64,000 bases of DNA from Patescibacteria group bacterium (GTDB lineage Bacteria > Patescibacteriota > Patescibacteriia > Patescibacteriales > UBA12465): NCBI GenBank assembly GCA_028705215.1, contig JAQWDY010000002.1, positions 24,759 to 88,758 on the forward strand, in the 5' to 3' direction. The notes beneath the pieces are model-generated. The model was not told the origin of the DNA. It saw nothing but the letters and a program-made list of their open reading frames with translations, and did no database searches. Below, one piece after another: positions 17,727 through 27,229 of this stretch (the first letter of the stretch is position 1; every line of letters begins with the position of its first letter). A program made the translations under genes and the position numbers.

Positions 17727-18827
17727 TTATTTTATTTTTTTATTTATATTTTTTAACCAAAGTTGATAAAATTCTAAATTATTAATACTGGCTAAACGTG
17801 CCCCTAAAGGATCTTTAAGTTTAAACAAATGGTGAAGGAAGGCGAAAGAATTATTTTGTAAGACATTAAATTTGCTCACTGAATTAATTGCTTGATAATC
17901 TTGTCGAAATTTGGTGTTGGTAATACTTATTGTCTGATAACTGTCAGCTTGTTTAAAAAATAATTTTCCATGCCGCCCTTCACGAGTGGGGATAACACAA
18001 TCGAACATATCCCAACCAAGAGCAACACAACGTTTAATATCTTCTGGCGTACCCACACCAAGAGCAAAACGCAAAGCATCTTGAGGAATAAATTTAGCGC
18101 TTTGACGTAAAACCTCCTCTAAAAAATTTCCATCTTTATCAACTGGTCGCGCCCCGAAACCATAACCAGAAAAACCAATTTTTTTCAATTCGCTGGCACA
18201 AAAACGACGCAAATCTATTTCTGTACCACCCTGTATAACCGCAAAAAGAAGGGGTCGATTATAAGACGAGATACGCCTTATTTTTATTTGTCTTAAATAC
18301 TCTTTTTTACAACGCTTAGCCCAGGCAATCGTTCGATTTACTGACTTTTTCATGCTAGCACGACTTATTTCGTTGGGCGGACAATCATCAAGACAAACCA
18401 TCATATCTACACCTAAATCAAATTGAATTTGGATAGATTTTTCCGGAGTCAGTTCATGCCAACTTCCAGTTAAAGGGGATTTAAAAACTACCTTATCATC
18501 AGTAATTTTTCCCATTTTTTGATTTTTATGAATCAATGAAAATACTTGAAATCCACCCGAATCAGATAAAAGCGGCCCATCCCAAGACATAAACTTGTGC
18601 ACGCCACCAACCGCTTTTATTACTTCCAATCCTGGCTGAAGATAAAGATGAAAAGTATTAACAACCAGGGCTTGCGTTTGAGTTTTTTTTATTTCCTCAG
18701 CACTTAATAGTTTAACAAAACCACGAGTCGCATCGGGCATAAAAAAAGGTGTTTTTATTTCTCCGTGTTTTGTCTTTATTACACCGCTTCGAATACCATT
18801 TTTATCAGTTTTACTTAAAGTAAACAT
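17727..18827 (-). CDS. tgt: tRNA-guanine transglycosylase (queuine tRNA-ribosyltransferase) homologue, zinc-site-less
   Basis: LSDSGGFQVFSL, LDDCPP, LGVGTPEDI and FAFLHHLF. The CxCxxC...H zinc-ligand positions read S, F, L and N. Confidence 0.88.
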   Translation of the reverse strand: MFTLSKTDKNGIRSGVIKTKHGEIKTPFFMPDATRGFVKLLSAEEIKKTQTQALVVNTFHLYLQPGLEVIKAVGGVHKFMSWDGPLLSDSGGFQVFSLIHKNQKMGKITDDKVVFKSPLTGSWHELTPEKSIQIQFDLGVDMMVCLDDCPPNEISRASMKKSVNRTIAWAKRCKKEYLRQIKIRRISSYNRPLLFAVIQGGTEIDLRRFCASELKKIGFSGYGFGARPVDKDGNFLEEVLRQSAKFIPQDALRFALGVGTPEDIKRCVALGWDMFDCVIPTREGRHGKLFFKQADSYQTISITNTKFRQDYQAINSVSKFNVLQNNSFAFLHHLFKLKDPLGARLASINNLEFYQLWLKNINKKIK

Positions 18828-18830
18828 AAA

Positions 18831-20780
18831 CTATTTAATACGCCCTGAATTTGTTAAGGCGGCAATATCATCATCTTCCAACTTGGTTGTTTTTGGGCCT
18901 GCTTTTGATTCTATCTTTTCTCGAGTTATAGTGTCAATGGCACTCACTTTTGCCCCCGACGATATAACCAAAATTTTATCCCTATCACTTTCCTGCGGGG
19001 CAAGAGAAATGGTGAAAGAAGCGTCAGTTAAGCTAACTGAGGCTGGCAATCTACCTAAATCCCAAACTACTTCACGGCTGCTATCATCAAAATATAAATC
19101 ACCAACAGCAACCGAATCTGTTTTTACATAATTTATATAATCTGGTAAAACCAAACTAATCTTAGTTTCTCGCAATTCATGTAAGTTATTAGCCAATTTC
19201 CAGTAAACACGAAAAGAAGAGATTGATCCGACTTCTGGTGGCAAAGGGCCAGTACCAACTGGCATATTATTTACATCAAAATATCTAATCTCTTCAGTTA
19301 ATTTAAGATTGCTATTTAAAGGGCTAATTATTATATTACTCCTTTGCTCCTTATCACTGTTTGCATCAGCACCATATTGTGAGTACACGCTTACCTGAGC
19401 ATTACTAAGACTTGATGTTGTGCTATATTCTTTAATTTTTACTGAAAAGCTTATTTCCCCCTCATCTCCCGGTTTAATTTCTTGTAAACCAGCTATGTCT
19501 TGCTCATTCCAAATAATTTGATTAGAACGAATATCACCCGGCACGGATAAATTAAGACTACTTAAATCAAATAGCTCGCCATCTAAAACAGCTGTAATAA
19601 CAGCATTTTTATAAGCACTTTCACCACGATTTGCATAATTTAAAGTATAATTTAAGGTGTCGCCAAAGCTAACCGCCTGATCTGCTTTTTCTCCATTGAG
19701 GAATAAGCTTAGATTTAAATCACTTTTAACCGCTTCAATTTCTAAAATTTTAGAATAAAAAATATAAGAAGTATCAGCAATTTTTTGTTTTAAAATTAAA
19801 GGCAAACCAACGCTACCTTCGTCACTGTTTACCTTGTATTTAAATTCAATCTTTTTGTCACCTAAAATAGGTAAATTGATTAGATAAATATTTTCTCCTT
19901 GTTTAATTATCGCGTCGCCATAATCACCTTCCTCTTTCAGGCTAATTTCGGCTCCCTGAGTAGGGCTAAACTCTAAAATTGCTTCTGATAAATAACCCAC
20001 CTTTTCTTGTGGTGAAAAACTAAGCGTAACATCACTAGTTTGACCAATAAAGACTAAATCCGGGTAATCAAGATTAACATCAAAACCAAAGCCCTGTATT
20101 ACAGTCGCCGCTGAACCTTCTTTTTTAAATTCACTTGAAAAGTTACCAGGCACATAACGTAAAGTAGAGCTTATAACATTAACTGAATCAATTTTGCCAA
20201 TTAGATTTCCCTTTACAACTAGCTGTGCCTCCTCACCTGCTTGCAAAGATGGTAAATTAAAACTGTTATTAAAATTATTTGGCTCCACTGAAGAGTTAGA
20301 AAAAATGAAATTATCTGGATAATTTAGCTCCAATTTAATTTTCGAAATAGGATACTTGGTCGGATTTTCGTATATTATAATATAAGAAAATTCCTCTCCC
20401 GCCATAACCTGTTCAGGCGCTTTTATCTCCAGTCGCACCGCCTCAACATTGCTGTCACCAGAAAAAAAGAAGGCGTAAATTAAATTAGCTAATACTAAAA
20501 TAATTGCTAATAATAAAGCTTTTTTAAATAAACGAATAAACCAGGCATTCTTTTTCTTTATTTTCATTTTTTTGACATCTATCAACCCTCCTTTTTTATC
20601 CTTATAAATCTCACTTAAATTAGCATCTATTTCCTGATGACGCACCTCTTTTTCAATTACATCTTCAAAATCTGATACCTCACTGTGAGTTGGCACCGGT
20701 CTTTTAATAAAAGCTGATAAACTAGAGGAATCTCGATTTTCAATAGTAAAATTCTTGTTTTTTTTCTTATCGCTTGTCAT
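18831..20780 (-). CDS. membrane-anchored protein with repeated Ig-like (CARDB/DUF11-like) beta-sandwich segments
   Basis: 649 aa. It has a cytoplasmic N-terminus and one TM helix (ALLLAIILVLANLIYAFFF). Repeated beta-rich segments follow, for example GEEFSYIIIYENPTKYPI and GDTLNYTLNYANRGESAYKNAVI. Its start overlaps the upstream gene's stop by 14 nt. Confidence 0.55.
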   Translation of the reverse strand: MTSDKKKNKNFTIENRDSSSLSAFIKRPVPTHSEVSDFEDVIEKEVRHQEIDANLSEIYKDKKGGLIDVKKMKIKKKNAWFIRLFKKALLLAIILVLANLIYAFFFSGDSNVEAVRLEIKAPEQVMAGEEFSYIIIYENPTKYPISKIKLELNYPDNFIFSNSSVEPNNFNNSFNLPSLQAGEEAQLVVKGNLIGKIDSVNVISSTLRYVPGNFSSEFKKEGSAATVIQGFGFDVNLDYPDLVFIGQTSDVTLSFSPQEKVGYLSEAILEFSPTQGAEISLKEEGDYGDAIIKQGENIYLINLPILGDKKIEFKYKVNSDEGSVGLPLILKQKIADTSYIFYSKILEIEAVKSDLNLSLFLNGEKADQAVSFGDTLNYTLNYANRGESAYKNAVITAVLDGELFDLSSLNLSVPGDIRSNQIIWNEQDIAGLQEIKPGDEGEISFSVKIKEYSTTSSLSNAQVSVYSQYGADANSDKEQRSNIIISPLNSNLKLTEEIRYFDVNNMPVGTGPLPPEVGSISSFRVYWKLANNLHELRETKISLVLPDYINYVKTDSVAVGDLYFDDSSREVVWDLGRLPASVSLTDASFTISLAPQESDRDKILVISSGAKVSAIDTITREKIESKAGPKTTKLEDDDIAALTNSGRIK

Positions 20781-23328
20781 ATAAATTATTTAAAAGCAAG
20801 GAAAAATATTTATCCCTGTCTAAAGATTGAGAGATACTCCACCCTCTTTTCCAAATTAAATTATCTGGATACGACCAAAGAAACTCAAGATTATCAGGCA
20901 ATTTAAGGGTGCTTTGGAAAACTGAAGCATGCGCTCCTGGTTGTTTTTGTACTAGCAATGAATAATTTAAATAATTTGTCTTATCTTTGTTAATTAAATT
21001 ATTTATTTTTTCCCAAAAATTATAAACTTCTGTCTTTGGCTTTTTACTAAAAAAATTAAAAGGCAGATCATAACTTATCTTTATATCAGCGACTTGCCCT
21101 GGATCAGTCATCACCCAACCAGCAAAAACGGTTTTACCATTTTCCTGGTATATCTTTATTCCACTTCTTGCGTCAGTCACAGCCAATCTTTCGGCAGCTA
21201 ATAACTCGCTTTCATACCAATCAGCTTCCGGTGCCTCAAAATAATGAGCATCTGGAATTGAAAAACCAGAAGCTGATAAAAGACGACTTCCTAATGGAAC
21301 ATAAATACGTAGCCAATTTACATTACGCACTCCAGTTAGAGCCTCGTTCTTTAAACCTTCGTGGGAACGTTTGATATTTAAATTATTAACTATCTTGCCG
21401 GTCTCATCAACTTGAGAATAGTGTAAAATATCCTCTTTCATCTTACGATCAGTTTTCTGGCCCGCAATATTCGTGTTCACAACCATTAAGTAGTCATGTG
21501 GCGCAGCTTTAATTTCTCCCGCTAATCCTTTTTGCAAAACTTCCTCTTGCAAACTTTCATCAGTGAAATAAAGCATCACATTCTTAGAGGAAACACTATT
21601 TTCAAATAATAAAATAATATCAAGCAAGGTATCTTTGTTAACCTTGCTTGGCAAAACCTCTAAAATGCGCGCCATTAAATCACCAATAATTTTTTTTGGT
21701 TTGTTTTCAATGTTATTTTCCAAATCCTGATAAAGCGGCAAGGTAGAACTTATTTCTTCATTTGATTCCTTAAACCCTTCTATCACTTCTGGATGAGTAA
21801 GGGCTAGATTATCTTTTTCTACAATCTTTTGAACAGTTTCCCAAAAATTTTCACCTGTAATTATAACTCCATATTCGGCGCTCATATCAATTGGACCAGT
21901 AATTGTTAGCAGATTTTCAACAACTGTCGGCGTAAAAGTAATTACGCCATCAACGGTTGAGCCGCCACTTTTTTCATAAAACCACATTAAATTTTGCGCC
22001 GTTGTTGGCCAATCAGGCCACCAGTTTGCATCCCAAAAATACCAAGAAGGATTAACTAGCCAAAGTGGTTCTGGGGCTTTCACTTTTAAAGTCATGCCCC
22101 CTTCTGTGTCATAGGAACCTCCCGCAGGTACTTCTAAATTTTTAATTTTTCCCTCTTTTAGATCAACAATGGCATAACTACCCAAAAAACCACCAGAGGC
22201 TCTTAATTCTGAATTATTTTGAAAAATAAGAAGATAGCGCTTATCCTGAGTCTGACCCAATAATTCATTTGTTTTATCAAGTAAGGAAATAAAGTCAACT
22301 AAACCCTGCCTTAGGTAAGTAACCTTATCTGCTAAATCAATAAATTGCTGTCGATATTCTAGGGGTATGTTGTTAGTCTTAATTTCAGCGACAACTCTCT
22401 CTAAATTAAGCACATCTTGGTATACTATTGTTCCCTGCTTGCTAACAACAGCTAACACCTCTAACAAATTACTATCCTCATTAAAATTAAATAACTCATC
22501 ACTTAATGTCATTAAATTTTGCGCCAACTTAGTACCAATTACTCCAGCCTCAAAAATATGCTTACTCTCCGCAGCCATTTTTATCTTAGGATTACTTGAT
22601 AGGGCAGCTAGTGATAATAGAGAGTCATTAATAAAACGTAGATCATCTTCAGCTTGTAAAAATTCTTCTCCCGCCAAAGATAATTTATTGTTAGCCGAAA
22701 TAAAATCAAGCTCAGATACTAAACCAGCCGCTTCGCTTATCCGAGAAACTGCTGCCTGCGAATGAGCCATTACTCGTTCTTCTAATTTAACAATATCAAA
22801 TAACTGCAGATAGGATAAAGCCTTTAAGGGAACAACTAAAAATAATAAGATTAAGCCAAAGGAAAAAAGAGACCGATACCATATTAAATTTTCTTCCAGT
22901 TGTTTTACTCTTTTTGTTTTAAAATGAAAGCGAGTGTTCAAAATTTTACGTTTTTCCTTGACTGCTCTTTCCCACCAATAATTTTTTTTCTTTTTTTTAA
23001 ATAATTCTGAAAATTTAAAATTTTCTTTTTTTTGTCGTTTGTTTGTAGAAAAAAAACGGCTTCTATTTTTTGATTGATTGATTTTATTCTTCCAAGAATT
23101 TAAATTAAAACTATTTTCTTGTACATCCTTACGTTTAGCAAAAAGTCCACTTAGCCAAACGCTCGCTCGCTGTGGCTTTAAATCTTTTTTTTGTTTTTTA
23201 TTTTCTATAACCTTAGAGTCCTCTTTTTTTTCTGTTTCTTTAAAGGCAGATCTTAAATCAATCACAAATCCAGAGTTTTTAAGACCCTTTAGCTTATTTT
23301 CTGTATTGTTATCCTTGTCCTTAATCAT
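20767..23328 (-). CDS. DUF4012-type membrane protein
   Basis: 853 aa. A very basic N-terminal tail and one TM helix are followed by the signature RYLLIFQNNSELRASGGFLGSYAIVDL, which I recognise from DUF4012-family proteins. Confidence 0.7.
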   Translation of the reverse strand: MIKDKDNNTENKLKGLKNSGFVIDLRSAFKETEKKEDSKVIENKKQKKDLKPQRASVWLSGLFAKRKDVQENSFNLNSWKNKINQSKNRSRFFSTNKRQKKENFKFSELFKKKKKNYWWERAVKEKRKILNTRFHFKTKRVKQLEENLIWYRSLFSFGLILLFLVVPLKALSYLQLFDIVKLEERVMAHSQAAVSRISEAAGLVSELDFISANNKLSLAGEEFLQAEDDLRFINDSLLSLAALSSNPKIKMAAESKHIFEAGVIGTKLAQNLMTLSDELFNFNEDSNLLEVLAVVSKQGTIVYQDVLNLERVVAEIKTNNIPLEYRQQFIDLADKVTYLRQGLVDFISLLDKTNELLGQTQDKRYLLIFQNNSELRASGGFLGSYAIVDLKEGKIKNLEVPAGGSYDTEGGMTLKVKAPEPLWLVNPSWYFWDANWWPDWPTTAQNLMWFYEKSGGSTVDGVITFTPTVVENLLTITGPIDMSAEYGVIITGENFWETVQKIVEKDNLALTHPEVIEGFKESNEEISSTLPLYQDLENNIENKPKKIIGDLMARILEVLPSKVNKDTLLDIILLFENSVSSKNVMLYFTDESLQEEVLQKGLAGEIKAAPHDYLMVVNTNIAGQKTDRKMKEDILHYSQVDETGKIVNNLNIKRSHEGLKNEALTGVRNVNWLRIYVPLGSRLLSASGFSIPDAHYFEAPEADWYESELLAAERLAVTDARSGIKIYQENGKTVFAGWVMTDPGQVADIKISYDLPFNFFSKKPKTEVYNFWEKINNLINKDKTNYLNYSLLVQKQPGAHASVFQSTLKLPDNLEFLWSYPDNLIWKRGWSISQSLDRDKYFSLLLNNLYDKR

Positions 23329-23330
23329 GT

Positions 23331-24515
23331 TTATTTAGAAAATAGAATATCTTTATATACCTTATATGTATTATTTGCACATTCCCACCAATTATACATT
23401 TTAACCTGCTTTAAGCCTTTATCTATCATCTCATTTCGCAATTTAGCATCATCTAAAACTAAATTTATTTTTGCTAAAAAATCTTGTGTATCCTCAGGAT
23501 TAAAATATAGGGCAGCTGAACCTAAAACTTCGGGCAAACTAGCACGATCAGAACTTATCACCGGGCAACCCTTTGCCATCGCCTCCAGCGGTGGCAGACC
23601 AAAACCTTCATACAAAGAAGGAAAAACATAGGCACGAGCCTCCTTATATAAAACTTCTAACTGCGCATCAGGAACATAGCCAGGGAAAACAACAGGGCTA
23701 TTTAAATTTTCTTTTTGCCATAAATTTAAAGATTTGGCATAATCACGCAAACGGTTGTAGAAATAATCCGCCTTACCTACTAGAACTAATTTATAATCAG
23801 GACGTTTTTCTTTAAGCAGGATAAAAGCATCAAGTAGTTTTTCTAAGTTTTTGTGAGGATAAGCATTACCTACATAGAGCAAAAAATTATCACCCAGATG
23901 ATATTGAATTTTAGTTTCTAGGGGATCTATTTTTGAAACAAAAAGCGAGTCTCTTCCCCGTGCTAGATTTGAAACTCCTTCATATGTTACAACTACTTTC
24001 TCAGCGGGTACAGATAATTTATTTAAAATATCTTTTTTAGTAAATTCAGAGACAGCAATTATCTTACGTGCTCTTGATACGGCTGTACGCAAAACAAAGC
24101 GATAGGCAAAATTTTTAAATTTATAAACAAAGGCGCTTTTTGTTGTGGCGCGCACAGTGGGAAAATGAGTTAAAATTAAATCATGTAAGGTCATGACAAA
24201 TTTAACTGGTGTTAAAACTGGAATATTGAAATGAGGAAAGTGCATTAAATCAAGTTTTTCCTTGAAAATATAAAAAGGAAAAAAAATTTGTTCTTGCCAA
24301 GAATACCAAGGAATATTAATCTTTATTTTTTTAACATACCAACTTTTAGGTGTAAATTCATCATAATTATGCGGACTTAAAAATATCACAAAATCACAGG
24401 CTGTTTCTGCCTGAGCTTCATTTATTTTAATCATATTATCAATCACTTCTTGCGTATAACGCCCCAATCCTTTTCCAATTGGGCCATAGAAGCGAGCATC
24501 TATTCCTATCCTCAT
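23331..24515 (-). CDS. glycosyltransferase, GT4 family (GT-B fold)
   Basis: MRIGIDARF at the N-terminus and EGFGLPPLEAMAKGCPVISS near the C-terminus. Confidence 0.9.
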   Translation of the reverse strand: MRIGIDARFYGPIGKGLGRYTQEVIDNMIKINEAQAETACDFVIFLSPHNYDEFTPKSWYVKKIKINIPWYSWQEQIFFPFYIFKEKLDLMHFPHFNIPVLTPVKFVMTLHDLILTHFPTVRATTKSAFVYKFKNFAYRFVLRTAVSRARKIIAVSEFTKKDILNKLSVPAEKVVVTYEGVSNLARGRDSLFVSKIDPLETKIQYHLGDNFLLYVGNAYPHKNLEKLLDAFILLKEKRPDYKLVLVGKADYFYNRLRDYAKSLNLWQKENLNSPVVFPGYVPDAQLEVLYKEARAYVFPSLYEGFGLPPLEAMAKGCPVISSDRASLPEVLGSAALYFNPEDTQDFLAKINLVLDDAKLRNEMIDKGLKQVKMYNWWECANNTYKVYKDILFSK

Positions 24516-24517
24516 AT

Positions 24518-26011
24518 TTATGCGAGTGGTAAATTAGTTGGCGGCGCACTACTACGATGGGTAATGTCATCTTGCGGCTTTGTTTCTGTAAAAAATGGCT
24601 CATCATTTGATTCTCTCATCTTTTCCCTTTCTACTTTATTTTCCTTTTCTTTAAAATAAAATTCATTATTATCATTAAATAAACTTTCTGGAGCCTCTCT
24701 TAATTCTGAAGCTAAAGGCAAAGATGACGGCGCATCAGCTTTGCGCCCCTTGGCAGTTTGCACCAAAGAAGCCTTAACGCTACCTTCAGTAGGAAAGTGC
24801 CATAAGGTCGCTAACTCTTCTATACTCATAATACCTGGGTCTAATCCTTGGCTATCAGATCTATTAATATATGCTTTAAAAATATTATTCTTTTTTCTCT
24901 TTACTCTTGACTCTGTCCAAAAATAAACAGCCTTTGTCATTGTCCTTTTAACATCTGGTCGTAAATTATTTAAATCAAGAGCAGCAAACTGCTTCATAAA
25001 ACCAACCAAACCATTAACCACCTTAGCCTTATTCATTACTTCTTTTTTCGCAACATAGACTGCTCTAATTTTGATTCCAAAAGCTAATTTGCTTGCCTTT
25101 TTACTAATTGCCTCTAAACGCTTTTGTTCCTTTGGGGTCAAATCCATAATCGTCTTCGCTTTTGCTTCTTTTTCTTTATTATCTATATCACCCCAAATTT
25201 TATAAATTGACTCACTCAACTCCCCCATTAATTCTACTAATCTCATAAACAAACCTTTCTTCGCCTTTGGTTTTTTGCCTAAAATATTATCAATTTCTTT
25301 TTCCGCATCTTTTAACCAATCAAAACCAATTGGAATAATTATAAATTGTAACCATAGTTGCTCGCCCTGACGAAGTGAGCCACACAAATCCATTAAAGTA
25401 GCCATCGGATCTTTAAATTGAGTCTCTAAGGGGCCCATTTTGTGCTCAAATTCTTCATAACATTTAATCGGGTACATCCAAGGATTTGATTGAGTAAATT
25501 CACTGCCCCAAACATCGTATTCTTCATCAGGATAGCTTTGTGGCACTATTTCCGTATAATCATCAATTTCTGTAATTTCTGCATCCGGATACTGTGAATA
25601 TAGAGATGATTCAATTAAATTTCTAAACTCAGCCGGAGTCCTTATAATAAATTGGGTATAGCCCTCTAAGCTAACTATCTCGTAACTAAAAGATTTTTGA
25701 TATTTACCTTCAAACCATTTTTCAAAAAAATTAACACTACCATGAGCCCCTCCTAAATAAGTAAACATGTTTTCTACCGCTTTCGGCGTCTGCTCATTCC
25801 CTTTCGGAATATCAATTGCTAAAATAATATTTTTATGCGTTTTCGACCACTTATCGCGCAACCAAAAAAGGTATAACTCTAAAACACCTTTAATAAAAAT
25901 TATACCAATGATAATCCAGCCAAAATTTGCCATAAAAGTCCAGAACATTTGCTCTGGTGGTAAATTTAAAAAACGTTCAATTCCGTCAGTATAAATAACA
26001 ATATTATTCAT
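24518..26011 (-). CDS. uncharacterised membrane protein
   Basis: 497 aa. It has an N-terminal TM region (FWTFMANFGWIIIGIIFIKGVLELYLFWL), an aromatic/acidic globular part and a K/E-rich helical segment. It also carries the motif SIEELATLWHFP and a disordered tail. I cannot name a family. Confidence 0.55.
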   Translation of the reverse strand: MNNIVIYTDGIERFLNLPPEQMFWTFMANFGWIIIGIIFIKGVLELYLFWLRDKWSKTHKNIILAIDIPKGNEQTPKAVENMFTYLGGAHGSVNFFEKWFEGKYQKSFSYEIVSLEGYTQFIIRTPAEFRNLIESSLYSQYPDAEITEIDDYTEIVPQSYPDEEYDVWGSEFTQSNPWMYPIKCYEEFEHKMGPLETQFKDPMATLMDLCGSLRQGEQLWLQFIIIPIGFDWLKDAEKEIDNILGKKPKAKKGLFMRLVELMGELSESIYKIWGDIDNKEKEAKAKTIMDLTPKEQKRLEAISKKASKLAFGIKIRAVYVAKKEVMNKAKVVNGLVGFMKQFAALDLNNLRPDVKRTMTKAVYFWTESRVKRKKNNIFKAYINRSDSQGLDPGIMSIEELATLWHFPTEGSVKASLVQTAKGRKADAPSSLPLASELREAPESLFNDNNEFYFKEKENKVEREKMRESNDEPFFTETKPQDDITHRSSAPPTNLPLA

Positions 26012-26051
26012 AATTTAAAGTCTATATCCTAGCTAAATATTAACATAAATT

Positions 26052-26089
26052 AATAAAAAAAGAAATCCGTTTTAGTTAATACGAATTTC
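26052..26089 (-). terminator. intrinsic terminator after the sigma-r4/HARE-HTH gene
   Basis: Minus strand GAAAUUCGU-AUUAACUAAA-ACGGAUUUC followed by UUUUUUUAUUA. The U-G wobble exists only in the minus-strand RNA; the plus strand would have a C-A mismatch. Confidence 0.65.
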
Positions 26090-26115
26090 TTTTATTTATT
26101 TACAAATCATCTATT

Positions 26116-27153
26116 TTATTGCTCTTGCCACTCTTTTAAGCCATAGGTTCCACGACTTACTAGAATATAACGACTATCTAAAATTAATTCATTGTGCACA
26201 GTCGCCGCATTAGCTTTCTTTTTATCAAATTTAATCTCATTTATTTTATCAGCGATAGCGGTGAAATGTAACGGCGCACCTTCATGTTTTAATACTAAAT
26301 AAATTTTATCATTTATAGTTTTTGGTTTAATTTCGTGCCAATTTGCAATTCCCCATTCTCCAAATTTATTTCTTTCTAAGTTTTTTACAGCTTGTAAGAG
26401 AGAATAAAGGACTTTATTACTATTTATAATCTCTGCTTTATCAGGAAAAGTCTTGCTCTTAAATATAGGCTCTATATTAGAATCGTCTCTACTTAATTCA
26501 CCCTGATAGCGATTATAAGTCTCGAGCTCTTTTAATAACTCAATTAACTCCTCGGTTTTTAAAGTTTTCTTCAAAGAATCAACTTTTTCCAGTAAACTAT
26601 CGGCCAATTCCTCCAAGTGATTAACCTCTCTATTTTTTAATTTAAATGAAGGATAAAATCTATCACTTTTCTTAATCAAGTCAACATCATCTGAAAGAAG
26701 TGTAGAAAGCAAAAAATCAAAATGGTTTCTGTAAGCTAGGCGCAACTCATCGTTAGCAGGACTATCAACCATTTCTTCATCACGCATTTCTAGAGCTATT
26801 ACCGTTAAAATATCTAACAGATAATCTCGTCTTATTGCTCCACCGTGTTGGTCTAATAAATCATAGACTGCTTCTTTTAAACTAACAATATACTCATCTA
26901 AGTTTTCTAATTTTTTGATTTTACGAATACTGGCGGCCTCAATTTGTCGCACTCTTTCTCTGGTTAATTTATGCAAACTGCCAATTTTTTCTAAAGTTTC
27001 TGATTTTAACCCTTTAAGACCAAATCGTCTATTTAAAACATCCTTTTCCCTGTCCATTAACTGGGAAAATAGATTTTTCACGATCTCAATTGCATCTAAA
27101 CTTTTTAGAGCTAAACCTTTTTCATTTATAATTTTTTCGATGTTTTTTGCCAT
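26116..27153 (-). CDS. sigma-70 region-4 HTH + C-terminal HARE-HTH fusion protein (no region 2)
   Basis: REKDVLNRRFGLKGLKSETLEKIGSLHKLTRERVRQIEAASIRKIKK matches region 4. IYLVLKHEGAPLHFTAIADKI...LDSRYILVSRGTYGLKEW matches the HARE-HTH found in RNAP delta. The longest ORF starts at TTG 27180; the ATG is at 27153. Confidence 0.7.
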   Translation of the reverse strand: MAKNIEKIINEKGLALKSLDAIEIVKNLFSQLMDREKDVLNRRFGLKGLKSETLEKIGSLHKLTRERVRQIEAASIRKIKKLENLDEYIVSLKEAVYDLLDQHGGAIRRDYLLDILTVIALEMRDEEMVDSPANDELRLAYRNHFDFLLSTLLSDDVDLIKKSDRFYPSFKLKNREVNHLEELADSLLEKVDSLKKTLKTEELIELLKELETYNRYQGELSRDDSNIEPIFKSKTFPDKAEIINSNKVLYSLLQAVKNLERNKFGEWGIANWHEIKPKTINDKIYLVLKHEGAPLHFTAIADKINEIKFDKKKANAATVHNELILDSRYILVSRGTYGLKEWQEQ

Positions 27154-27229
27154 ATATAAAAAAATAAAGTCATTAACCAAGCATTTTTTTGCTATTTAAT
27201 TAACAACAAGCTGGCTTAAATTTATCACA

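Noticed and set aside
22367-22765. A 132-aa plus-strand ORF, and many other 60-130-aa ORFs in the track lying antisense inside long genes. Examples are 2304-2525, 14128-14412, 26915-27199, 39681-40019, 43761-43952, 50059-50370 and 63496-63768.
   Set aside because: All are fully embedded antisense in well-supported genes. They translate to S/L/F/I-rich low-complexity peptides typical of shadow frames, and they lack promoter or terminator context.
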